64,000 nucleotides of DNA from Candidatus Poribacteria bacterium (GTDB lineage: Bacteria; Poribacteria; WGA-4E; UBA9662). Location: contig JAYZAL010000047.1 in assembly GCA_036339735.1 (NCBI GenBank), forward strand, positions 76,779-140,778, read 5' to 3'. Position 1 is the first letter of the stretch. Every line of letters begins with the position of its first letter. Under the pieces are notes generated by a model, which saw only the letters and a list, made by a program, of their open reading frames with translations, did not search any database and was not told where the DNA came from. A program made the translations under genes and the position numbers. Shown in pieces: positions 30,069 to 40,600 of this stretch.

Positions 30069-30110
30069 TGTGAGCTAGCGTTTAACGAATTACTTTTATG
30101 CTAGCTCACA
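30069..30110 (+). terminator. Hairpin after trpB2 (possible terminator)
   Basis: TGTGAGCTAGCGT...ATGCTAGCTCACA inverted repeat; no clear U-tract. Confidence 0.5.
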
Positions 30111-31033
30111 AAGTAGAGAAAAGTTTGTGAACTAACACGAAACTGTTAGTGATTCTGATAGCTTTTATGCATATTTTAATTGTTCCGAGGTTCTAACCTG
30201 CCCCAAATCATCGCCCAGTCAGTTGATGATCCCATTCAGGTCGCAGCTTTTTACTTATTAAATTTTCAGCATATCAGTATAAACCAAAAATCCTTTCACC
30301 CTTCACCCAATTTCTCAATGTGCTGTTTGCCATAAAATTGCTGTAAGTAAATAGTATATAAATGGAATTAGATGAGGTTAAATAATTCTATCAAAGAAAC
30401 TTCTTCTTTTCAGAATACTTCCACGGATCAACAGGCCCTATTCTCCTCTCAGGCCGATTCTAACAATCATGATTTCGATTAGCAACGACTCAAGCTTCAA
30501 CCCCTGTAACTTTGGCAAGATCAACAGCAACAATTAGGTAACCCCCTGTCCTCCAACGCTGATCTTTATCAGATTATGCGAAGTGAACATCCCCTTGGTA
30601 TTGATGCCTTCGTCCCTCAGGCTTGTCAATTAAGCCCTCATATCAACCCCATTCAATCCCTTCAGCTACTCCAGAAGTGTATTAAGATCATGCCCAAAAC
30701 TGGTGGGAATGGTCGTCACGTCGGACGTCCTGGTTGGTTACGGCTTCTCTATCTCTGATTCTTTCTTCAAACGCGCTTGGGCCAATACCTTCGATTTTCT
30801 GCCCCTCTATTGGCAGCAACATCAAAATCCTGCTCCTCATCCCCGTTCTCCCAAATCCATTAATTGGCTTCTTAATTGCTCTGGCCAAGCCTGGTCTTCT
30901 CACTTTTAACCAACTGTAGCCCGATTCTAAATTCAAATTAAGTTAATCAATAAATCCCTTTTAAAACCTATTTAATGGGCTACGTAAATTTCATATATGT
31001 TGACTTATAGAGAGTTTCTTGTTACCCTCAAAC

Positions 31034-31138
31034 GATTCTCTTCGGTACATGGGGAAGTATACGACAATTATGACCCACGAACAGTATGCTGAAGATAAAA
31101 TTGGCTATTTAAATGAGAAAAAATCGCGAGTTGAATAG
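31034..31138 (+). pseudogene. 3' remnant of a paralogue of the adjacent lipoprotein gene
   Basis: Translates DSLRYMGKYTTIMTHEQYAEDKIGYLNEKKSRVE*, 19/31 identical to the C-terminus of 31245-32072. In-frame stop at 31001 upstream. Confidence 0.8.
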
Positions 31139-31244
31139 TTTTTTCAAATTAGTAAGCTTTTTGGAACACAAGAGTTTGTTATCATTGAACTCACCAGATT
31201 AACTACAATCACAACCGATTTGAAAATTGAAGAGGTTTTACAAA

Positions 31245-32072
31245 ATGCAGAAAGTGACTAAATCAATTGCCATTTGTTTTCTGTTGGCAGTTATTTTCGT
31301 GATAGGATGTGGGGAAGATTCTACCTTACCAACAAAGGTAAAGAAAGACGGAGGCGAATCGATCGGATTGGCGGTTAGTCATACCGAGGCCTTGAACGGA
31401 GAAGATTTTAGTGTTGCCATAGCTCAAGAACTTGCAGAGCAAGGCGTCAAATTGTCAGAAACATCAACCATTTGGGCCCGAAAAGCCGATGAAGAATGGC
31501 TAGTTACGGATACAGAAAACGAGTTAGCCTATGTCATCACGAACGCTGGTGGCGACAAATTAGAAGTCAGTAAAACCGGTTACATTGACTATCAGGGAGA
31601 GGCTGACCAAGTAATTAAACTTTGGGAAACCTTTAGGGAGTATTACAATAGTGGAGAGCTAACTAAGACGGTCTCACTTTTAACAGGTAAAGAGTCAGAT
31701 CAGTTGTACATTAATATTGCTGAAAACGAAATGATCGAGGCGTCAGCGAATGGGGTTTCAGAAACCCTTAAAAAGCTACAAAAGGGGCATCATACAACTG
31801 CTAATGATAAGTTTGTTGGTACTCCTATGAGTGAGGTCTATATTAAGAAACGAGGGTCTCAATTAGTCGCATCTGCTACCGGACCAAATGCTTTTCGCAA
31901 AGCTGGTGAAACATGGATCTATTGTGTCAAGGTGCTAAACAAGTGGAAGATAAATAAGCTTGAGTCAATTGAGCAACGAAATATGGGCGTCCACACAAAC
32001 ATCCTAATCCACGAGAAAGAAGCCGAAGACGGAATTGGCTACTTCAATGATAAAAAATCTCGGGTAAGATAG
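31245..32072 (+). CDS. Lipoprotein of unknown function (possible NTF2-like C-terminal half)
   Basis: Signal peptide II MQKVTKSIAICFLLAVIFVIGC. The fold guess is weak. Confidence 0.75.
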   Translation: MQKVTKSIAICFLLAVIFVIGCGEDSTLPTKVKKDGGESIGLAVSHTEALNGEDFSVAIAQELAEQGVKLSETSTIWARKADEEWLVTDTENELAYVITNAGGDKLEVSKTGYIDYQGEADQVIKLWETFREYYNSGELTKTVSLLTGKESDQLYINIAENEMIEASANGVSETLKKLQKGHHTTANDKFVGTPMSEVYIKKRGSQLVASATGPNAFRKAGETWIYCVKVLNKWKINKLESIEQRNMGVHTNILIHEKEAEDGIGYFNDKKSRVR

Positions 32073-32195
32073 CTTTTGGGGGATTGCACATCTTGTGGCG
32101 GAGGCTAGAAAAGGCACCACCATGAAAATTGCGTTACGTTACTTTAATAATTCTTAACTCTTTCATAGGTTAGAGTGTTTTCTCTTCATACTTTG

Positions 32196-32228
32196 TGCCT
32201 AGTTGGTGGACTCCAACTAGGCATTTTT
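32196..32228 (+). terminator. Intrinsic terminator between convergent genes
   Basis: TGCCTAGTTGG-6 nt loop-CCAACTAGGCA followed by TTTTT. Confidence 0.8.
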
Positions 32229-32282
32229 AATGCATTAACTAGACTGTCCCAAATAGGGACTCAACCGACTCTTTATTGTCTA

Positions 32283-32510
32283 TCATTTAAAACCACCTAA
32301 CAGGAAGAAAATCACCAGGACTAAAAGCGAAATAATCAAGGCTGATATTATCAAAACCCCGTCCTTCAGCTCCTTACCCTTCTCATCTGGTGGAGCAGGG
32401 TAACCACATTTTGGACATGATTTGAATACCTTACCTACCAAATCCCCACATTTTTCACAGATTCTCCGTGTGGGATCTATTTTAAAATCTACATCACCCG
32501 AATCCATCAT
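32283..32510 (-). CDS. Small zinc-ribbon membrane protein
   Basis: CEKC...CPKCG followed by one C-terminal TM helix. AAGGA SD upstream. Confidence 0.7.
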   Translation of the reverse strand: MMDSGDVDFKIDPTRRICEKCGDLVGKVFKSCPKCGYPAPPDEKGKELKDGVLIISALIISLLVLVIFFLLGGFK

Positions 32511-33005
32511 AACTACAGCTCATCCTTTTGTGATCTACTAATCACAGATTCTATCTTGAACTGAACCTTTTTCTATTTATAAAAAGAATGACCCTATCAT
32601 TCCGGGGCATTTACAGTTTTTTCTGCTTTTGCCCTGTTATTGATTCCTAATCTTCTGTTAATTGACCGTCAATTACAGGTTTTTTCTGTGAAACTCAACA
32701 TAATAATATATAACTCATATTGAATCTTAGGCATTTTTTCTATATAAACATGTCTAACCAAAGACGATCTAAACTAAAAACTTTTTTTTGCGTCTAAGCG
32801 GGAGCATAGCCTTTCTTGTTTTTTTAAGCCTATAAGGCAGTGAAGCGAGTAATCGATTTACTCACCCTTCAGAACGGTCTATACACATAAATATAAGTTT
32901 TATTTCTAGAGGGAATGTGGATATCGAATTTTGTTGATAGATTCTTTTTGTCAGATTTGTTTGAACATGGCGTTTTCTCTTCGGATAAAGTAGGAGAAAA
33001 CGTAC

Positions 33006-34319
33006 TTGAAAACCTTTTCACAACTCAATCTAATTGAGCCTCTTTTGCGGGCTGTATCAGCTCAGGACTATCAAACAACAACCCCAATACAAGCAGCAAC
33101 TATTCCGCCGCTTTTAGCCGGCAAAGATGTCCTAGGTTGCGCCCAGACCGGCACTGGGAAAACTGCAGCTTTCGCCCTTCCCATATTACAAAAAATTGCA
33201 CAACAATCGAGTTTGACGAAGCATGCGAACATTCGAGCTTTAGTGCTAGCACCTACCCGGGAATTAGCGTCCCAGATTGGAACTTCTTTCGAAGACTACG
33301 GTCAGTTTCTGAATATTCGTCACTCAGTTATTTTCGGTGGTGTCAATTCTAATAGACAAATCCAAGCACTCGAACGTGGTGTCCATGTGCTAATTGCTAC
33401 TCCAGGCCGTTTACTTGACTTGCAACAACAGGGATTCGTTGATTTAAGCTGCTTAGACTTTTTTGTTTTGGATGAAGCTGATCGAATGTTGGACATGGGC
33501 TTCATTAGAGATATACAACGTATCATTTCTTTATTGCCGACGCGTCGTCAGAATTTACTGTTTTCTGCTACTATGCCAGGTGCTATTACTAAATTGGCAG
33601 ATTCTATTTTGGTGGAACCATTTCGATTCCAAATTTCGCCCCAAAAATCTGTGGTGCAGGAAATTCAACAAGAAGTGATGTTTGTCCAACAATCTGACAA
33701 ACGTCATTTGTTAGTCGAAATTATCCAGAAAAGTTATATCCAGCAGGCTATAGTTTTCATGAGAACAAAGCATCGTGCTAATCGTTTGACACAGCAACTT
33801 AATCGCGCCAAAGTAAACGCGGTAGCTATTCACGGTGACAAATCCCAGTCTGCGCGCCAACGTGCCCTGCGCAGTTTTCGAGAAGGAAAAAGCCATATTC
33901 TTGTTGCAACTGATCTGGCAGCTAGGGGCTTAGATATTGATGGTGTTAGCCACGTATTTAATTTCGATTTGCCAAATGAAACAGAAAGTTACGTACATCG
34001 GATTGGTCGAACTGGTAGAGCAGGACGGTCAGGAATGGCAATTGCCTTTTGTGCCCCCGAAGAATATGACTATCTTACTAACATCGAAAAAACAATAGGT
34101 GTCCAAATCCCAGTTTCTAAGGGGGATCCCGGTTGGGATCGTCAACCGATCAGGATAGAAGATGAGACTAAAAATGGAAGTAAAACGGGACTGAAAAAAT
34201 TTGAAAGTCGACGTCGAACTAGGAAGACCAAACAAAATAACCACAAGCGTAAGCAAACTCGATTTCGAAAAGAACATCCATCAGCTAATCAATCCAAACT
34301 GCAAGTATCGAGCCGTTAA
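33006..34319 (+). CDS. DEAD-box RNA helicase (RhlE-like)
   Basis: Q motif, AQTGTGKT, PTRELA, TPGRL, DEAD, SAT, HRIGRTGR and a basic tail. TTG start with an AGGAG SD. Confidence 0.96.
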   Translation: MKTFSQLNLIEPLLRAVSAQDYQTTTPIQAATIPPLLAGKDVLGCAQTGTGKTAAFALPILQKIAQQSSLTKHANIRALVLAPTRELASQIGTSFEDYGQFLNIRHSVIFGGVNSNRQIQALERGVHVLIATPGRLLDLQQQGFVDLSCLDFFVLDEADRMLDMGFIRDIQRIISLLPTRRQNLLFSATMPGAITKLADSILVEPFRFQISPQKSVVQEIQQEVMFVQQSDKRHLLVEIIQKSYIQQAIVFMRTKHRANRLTQQLNRAKVNAVAIHGDKSQSARQRALRSFREGKSHILVATDLAARGLDIDGVSHVFNFDLPNETESYVHRIGRTGRAGRSGMAIAFCAPEEYDYLTNIEKTIGVQIPVSKGDPGWDRQPIRIEDETKNGSKTGLKKFESRRRTRKTKQNNHKRKQTRFRKEHPSANQSKLQVSSR

Positions 34320-34356
34320 CCTATAAATAAAACCAATCTGTACCTGCAAAATGCAG

Positions 34357-34401
34357 CAGTCCAGATAGCTAGGTGGAATCTTCCATCGGTTATCTGGACT
34401 G
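34357..34401 (+). terminator. Long hairpin downstream of the helicase gene
   Basis: CAGTCCAGATAGC...GTTATCTGGACTG with an inner GGTGGAA/TTCCATC stem; no strong U-tract. Confidence 0.5.
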
Positions 34402-34997
34402 TGATAGGTCTATTCGTTCAATTTAGACGATACATACTTATTTACAAAAAGTATTAAGGATTCGGTTGTGTACACGATCGTCGAAGTGATGACAGATCGG
34501 ACTTTGAACAAATTCATAAAAACCCGCCAAGTACAGCTCATCTCTATTCGATGATTCGATACCCCATATCTTTAGTCTATATGGATAGGCCTAGTAGTGA
34601 TAAAAACTAGGGTGTTTATTCGTCGTTAACATCGTATTTTCACTTTCCATCAACTAATCTAAGGATAGTTCATTGGCGTGGTGATGACCTAAGGTCATAC
34701 CCATACGATTGCAATTAGTCTGGTTAAACCTCGAAGTCTAGTCGTCGCGAAACAAACGGTATTACGACTATGATTGTTCTGACAGATACCAGTTTAATTA
34801 GAATATTCCCTACGAGAGCAACACTGATGAGCGTTAAGCAGTTTCAAAAAGCTAAATAATCTCAATTTCACTCCCAAAATTTGCGAAAATGCACAGAAAA
34901 CTAGGCTGTATGATCAATTCAGAATTAAGTTAATCTTAAAAATGGGACCACATATAAATGGTTCCTAGTAGAAATGAAATTAGTTAAGGAGTAAAGT

Positions 34998-35459
34998 ATG
35001 AACAAAACTTGGTTTATTGATATAGATGGAACTTTGGTTAGACACCTTGAAGATGATGACATTGATAGAGGCGTAGAGGAAGAACTTCTACCTTTTACCT
35101 TAGAATTTCTGAGAGAAATCCGAGAGCAAGGTGATTACATCGTAATTACAACAGCAAGGCTAGAAAGACACAGAAAAGTCACGGAGCAAATGTTAAGTGA
35201 ATTTGGTATTATATACGATCACATAATCTTTGGTCTCGGATCACAAGAAAGAGTACTAATTAATGATATCAAACCCACAGGATCATATGATGGAGGGGCA
35301 GAAGAACATCCTTTGCCTACCGCATATGCAATTAATATGGATAGAAATCAGGGTTTTGGTAATTTACTAAGTAAAGAATTATGGCAGACACCCAGTAATG
35401 CCAAAAACAAGGTGAAGGACCTAATGCCTAATGCAACCCTTGAGACTACTAAAAATTAA
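34998..35459 (+). CDS. Capless HAD-superfamily hydrolase
   Basis: Motif I FIDIDGT, motif II ITTAR, motif IV LIND. AAGGAG SD. Confidence 0.85.
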   Translation: MNKTWFIDIDGTLVRHLEDDDIDRGVEEELLPFTLEFLREIREQGDYIVITTARLERHRKVTEQMLSEFGIIYDHIIFGLGSQERVLINDIKPTGSYDGGAEEHPLPTAYAINMDRNQGFGNLLSKELWQTPSNAKNKVKDLMPNATLETTKN

Positions 35460-35652
35460 CCTTTATGAACGAATGTAAAAAAAGAAACGGCTAACCAAAA
35501 CAAGCTAAGCAGTTGAGTTTCTTTTTTTCAGCTTCTAAATTTTGCTATTACACAGGGGCTGCTATGGGTAAGGTCAGCTTTCAGTTTTGAATGAGATATG
35601 AGCATTAAAAAATTAAATATTTACAAAATACAAAAATAGAAGGAAGTTTAAA

Positions 35653-36483
35653 ATGACAATTAGAAATCTATATCTGGTATTCATTATGCTGAATTTTCTT
35701 TGGCCCGGAATCTCATGGTCCGTGACAATTAAGGATGCCAAAAATGAGGTTAATATCTCTAGTGATCAATACAAATTAACTTGGAAGAAAGCTGAGACGA
35801 TGGGTTACAGCACCGCTATTCCGTCAGGTTCTAAAAAAAGTCTTATTCAAAACCTTAAAGATCCTTTTTACCATGGTGGTGATTATGCGAATTGGGAGTT
35901 TTGGGGGGCAACAGGAAAAGTTAAAATTTTGGAGCAGAATGTGGGTAAATCTGTAGTCGAGTACCAATCTAAAGGTACAGAAATTATGGCTTACTCAATT
36001 ACTGCAACTTATTGGGATGCTGTGCCTTATTTCATGCATGAAGTTAGAGGAACTAACTTACACAAAGAACCTCAAGCTTTTCCCGTTTCAGGCTATGACC
36101 CAATGTTTAATCCTGGGTATGAATTTAAAGAGGAAGAATTCAAAATTTGGAAAGAGCCGATCCCACATGTTGCTATCTGGCAACCCAACGGATATTTTAT
36201 TGCACTTTACAGTAAAAATCCAAGAGCTCGGGCTCGTAAAGGCGACTGGCAAGGCAAGGGCAGTGTAGTTCAGTTAAACCACGATTGGCAACTAGATATG
36301 ATTGACAGAAAGAAACAATCGGAGCCAGTTACTTATTGCGTTGCATTAGCCAAAGGTGGAGAGGGCGAAGCTCATCAACTGGCAGCTGAAATCAAAACTA
36401 TGTTCGAGGGAAAAGAGCCAAAATCCGTCAACCATAATGGAAAAATTCCGGTATTTTGGTCCTCAATTAAAGATAAGCACTAA
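35653..36483 (+). CDS. Secreted hypothetical protein with C-terminal 'SVNHNGKIPVFWSSIK' tail
   Basis: Signal peptide, beta-rich body and a tail motif. GAGGA SD. Confidence 0.8.
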   Translation: MTIRNLYLVFIMLNFLWPGISWSVTIKDAKNEVNISSDQYKLTWKKAETMGYSTAIPSGSKKSLIQNLKDPFYHGGDYANWEFWGATGKVKILEQNVGKSVVEYQSKGTEIMAYSITATYWDAVPYFMHEVRGTNLHKEPQAFPVSGYDPMFNPGYEFKEEEFKIWKEPIPHVAIWQPNGYFIALYSKNPRARARKGDWQGKGSVVQLNHDWQLDMIDRKKQSEPVTYCVALAKGGEGEAHQLAAEIKTMFEGKEPKSVNHNGKIPVFWSSIKDKH

Positions 36484-36587
36484 ATACTGTTCCGGGGCCT
36501 ACTTCTTAGTAGTTGTCCATTTCGATTTAGAGGGGTTTTTGTCAAAAGTTTTGCTTACGGGGTCAGGAGCTACTTCAAGTACCTAAA

Positions 36588-37436
36588 ATGCCAAGGGATT
36601 TCGCACAACATTTGACTGAATTCGAACAAAAAGGATTGACTTGTTTTCCAAACCAATTAGATAAACCTACGATAGAACAATGGCAGTCCATTTTTCAAAA
36701 TGAGGCTCTTGACCCACAACCTGACCGTAAGCGTTATGATACCTACCAACTGATTGATAAATATCCACAGACAACGATTCCTTTTGTCTCAAACGCTGAA
36801 GTTCTTGATTTCCTCGAAATGTTGATGGGTCCTTTTGTCAGTTTAGAGGCTCTGGCCATGGCTGCTACTTTTCCCACTCAAACAGATCCAAATGAAGTCG
36901 ATTATGGGATACACTGGCACCGAGATATGTGGGCAACAGTTGGGCGGACTAACGATTATCTGCCACCTAACGCAGTCAACGTCTTAAACTACTTTCCCAA
37001 CCTTAACCAAGATAATGGAGCGTTTCGATACATTCCTGGGTCGCATCGAAAGCATTTTTTCATCACAGGAAATCAGGCTCAAGAAGTTCACTCCGAGGAG
37101 AAGTTACTATATCCCAAAATGGGTGATACTCTTTTAGTTCATAGCGGATTATTGCATTCCGGGTCAGGTAATTTCAGCGGCCAAATGCGTTACTTTGTTT
37201 CGCGCTTTTACGCGAAATGTTGGTATCCTCGCCGAGAACAAACCAATATTTCACCGATCCAATCCTTTATTGCCGATGCTGAATCAAAAAGAGATCGGCG
37301 ACTCATGCGTCTGTTTGGCAAAGATGATCTCTTGCTATCACGAGCTGGTCAAAGTGGAAGCTTACCTGAATCGGAAATTTGGCAACAGTGGATTTTAGAG
37401 GACCAGCAGTATAAATTAGCTGAGAAAACGACATGA
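36588..37436 (+). CDS. PhyH family 2OG-Fe(II) dioxygenase
   Basis: Motifs HWHRD, NGAFRYIPGSH and LLHSG...MRYF. Confidence 0.88.
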   Translation: MPRDFAQHLTEFEQKGLTCFPNQLDKPTIEQWQSIFQNEALDPQPDRKRYDTYQLIDKYPQTTIPFVSNAEVLDFLEMLMGPFVSLEALAMAATFPTQTDPNEVDYGIHWHRDMWATVGRTNDYLPPNAVNVLNYFPNLNQDNGAFRYIPGSHRKHFFITGNQAQEVHSEEKLLYPKMGDTLLVHSGLLHSGSGNFSGQMRYFVSRFYAKCWYPRREQTNISPIQSFIADAESKRDRRLMRLFGKDDLLLSRAGQSGSLPESEIWQQWILEDQQYKLAEKTT

Positions 37437-37692
37437 ATTGTTTACTTTTTCTAACAAGATAAACCCCAGTAACCATATGTTCAACTTATCTGATTTGAAT
37501 AAGCCTGATTGTTGTGACATCCTTTTTCGCTCATTGTTAGATAAAATTCGGCGTCTTTTATTATTTATCTGTTATTAGTTCTTCAGGGGAACTTTCTAAC
37601 CAAACGTACTTAAGATAACTAACTTGTTGAATAATATTATATTTCAGCTTGCATAATCTTTCGGCGAACTCAATGAAGTTAATTGAAAGAAA

Positions 37693-40600
37693 TTACTTCA
37701 AAATCACCATTTTGCGAATTTGAGAGTAATCACCAGCCCGAATCCGATAGAAATAAACGCCACTAGCGACTGGCTCGCCTTGCTGGTTTTTTCCATCCCA
37801 ATACATAGCCAGTGTCTTATCTCGATAGCTGCCCGCAGGCTTTAGCCCTAAATTTATATCTCGGATTAACAAGCCTTCGCTATTGTAGATATTCAAACTC
37901 ACATCAGCCTCTTCAGCCAAATCAAATGGTATCCAAGTTTCTGGGTTAAAGGGATTAGGGTAGTTTTGGCGCAAAGTAGTAGTGATTGGCAAATCTCGCT
38001 TTAGACTCAAGGACACACGCCTATCAGCTAAGTGAAACTGCTGACCTATAGTAAAAGCTTTTCCTTGTAACAAAAATTTATATCCGGTAGGGATATGACC
38101 CGCTTCTATGGTCAAATATGATTCAGAACTAGTGATTAACTGCCAGCGAGCATCTTCTAAATTTGGCCGAATATCAGTTTGTAATCTGATGCTACTGTTA
38201 GGTTGTAGTAGGTAAGCACTTGGCTGATTGGCGATTGGTGAATTTGGTGGTATTACCCGATCATATACATCTAAATCTGGGTCAGCTAGCTCGCCCCATC
38301 CTATAGCCAACTGAGTTGGTTGACCTTCTACTGTCACAGTTAGCGGTAATTGAAAATTTGGCTGCGGTGTGGAAATGGAGAATAAAGGCGCAGCTGAAGA
38401 CGATTTTTCGATTGTATTAGCATTAACCTGAAGTTGACATTCGCCCATACTCAACACCCAGTAACCTTTCCCAGGTTCCAGCCAGCTAGAAAGGTCGTAG
38501 GCGTACACATCAGGTTGCCAGTTATAAAGCGAATTGCGTAGAATTGATGGAATCGTAGAATCAGCTACGCTACTTCCATCGGATACATTGGTCATATTTG
38601 TGAAATCAACTGATTGGTTAGGTGCTCCAACCAGATTCCAACCGGTGGAAATGCTTCGCTGGTAGGACTCGGTTTCGATCAATGGTATTTCTAGCTGGAT
38701 TGTATTGGGGGCAGTCGATAGAATCCAATAGCCTTGACCAACCACCAGCTCTGTCGTTGGTCGGTAATTGTATTGAGCACTATCCCAACCGTAGAATGGA
38801 GGTACTAAGCTAGAATGCTGAGCGAAAACAGCCGAAATCTCAGCAGTTTTGGGAATGCCCGGAATTGAGATTAAATTCCAACCAGACAATAGATCTAAGG
38901 TGAAAATGTGGTAAGTACCAACAGTTATTTCGAATACATAATCTTGGTCAGTTTCTGGCTTTAAGGTGAATTCTTGTCTTTGACGCATATCGTACACCAT
39001 AGATGATGGTGGTGAAATGACCTGTATTGACACACAATCAAATTCAGCTGGAATAGCCGACATGTTCCATTTCATCCGAAAGTTCTGCCCATAGCTCTGT
39101 ACCCTGATTCTGTAGGTAGCTGTGTCAAAAGGTGATCGGAAATCAGCCACCAATGGATCTGTATCGGATTGGTTACCAATTAGATAGCTATTCCAGAGCG
39201 ATTGTGTCTTTGGTGGAATTTCCAGTTGATCGATACCTGAGTCGAAACCATCGGTAGCTTCCTCGGAAACACCAAAAAATAATTGCCTAGAGTTCATGGT
39301 GGCAGACAAACTTTCAACTGTGATCTCCGCTTTCCAGATCGGTATTTTTTTTGGGTTCTGAACCAAATCTTTTAGCTTTTGTGTGGTCATCCCAGATTTG
39401 ATTTGATTATCATATAATACTGATATTACCTGCTGATCAATAGGAGCTAGCTCCGCCACACTATTTCTACCTTGGTAGAAGATACTATCTGGGTAACTTT
39501 GGCCATCCATTATCAAACCTAACCCTTGCACTACCCGCTTTCGAATCAAATGGGCACGTTGCGTTTGACTATTACTAAAACTGTCGATTAAGATTTTACT
39601 TTCGATGATTTGATCTTTTTGCCAACGGATACTTAGAAAGCTTGGGCTACCGAGTTTATAATTCGATTCCAGAAAACCGAGCATAATAGATGGGTAAAAA
39701 TAGATATTAAAGTTTGGTGCTTGATCTGTAAGCCGAATTTGTACCGTATCCATTAGAGAATTAAGTAAGTCAATAGTATCGTTCAGAACGGACAAGTCAT
39801 TATTTCTAACAAATCCATGAGGTTGGATACGAATTTCTGATGCCCACTTTTTCAATCTATTTTCAGTTGATTCGGACAAAGTAAGCTCAATTAAGTAATC
39901 GATTACTGAAGGATTAATATCTTCCTCATCGTTCGAGGGAAGAATTGTGATGGCAAAATGTTGCGTCTGACTCCAGTAACCAAGCGGATCATAGCCCCTA
40001 ACGTGTAACCACCATTTTCCGGGTTCCAATCCGTAGAATTTGAGTTGATGATTAGTCACCTGTAGATCGGCCTCTGTATCAGGAATAGTATTGGGCTGTC
40101 GGTCAAGTAGATAGCTATATACACTCTTTGACTCATTGATCGAATCAATTGGTAAAATGGAGAGGTGGAATATCGGCGAGTTATTAGCTACCCCGATTTG
40201 AGACTGTGGGTGAGTAGGAGATGTTACCTCTGGTGGCTGTATAGGCGTTTGATCAATAATTACTGTTGACCGGGAGGACACTTGGACTGATTCACCTTTA
40301 CTGTCGGTAACAATAGCCAACAAGTAGTATCTTCCATTAGAAATATTTGTTGTGTTCCACAAATAACTCTTATCTTTTACTTGCTTTGAAATAAGTTTGG
40401 GTTGCGTAGAGTGATTTTGGCCACTGGGATAGTAATAGAGGTCGACTTGGTAATCGTCACCGTCTGGGTCATTGGCTATCCAGTTAATCTGGTAAATTTG
40501 ACCAGCCAGAACATCGACTTCTGCTGGGCTCACAAAAGTAAAAGTCGGTGCTTGATTTGGTTGAGATAAAGTCCGATGATTAGCATAGATATCTTGTAGT

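Noticed and set aside
30120-31000. Overlapping short ORFs in the gap after trpB2
   Set aside because: No SD or recognisable motif and stops in all frames. Possibly eroded coding DNA, but I cannot assign it.
31034-32072. Diversity-generating retroelement TR/VR pair
   Set aside because: Differences are not adenine-specific and are often synonymous, and there is no reverse transcriptase in the window.
34402-34990. ncRNA or small gene in the long gap after the helicase
   Set aside because: No recognisable RNA family motif or credible ORF.
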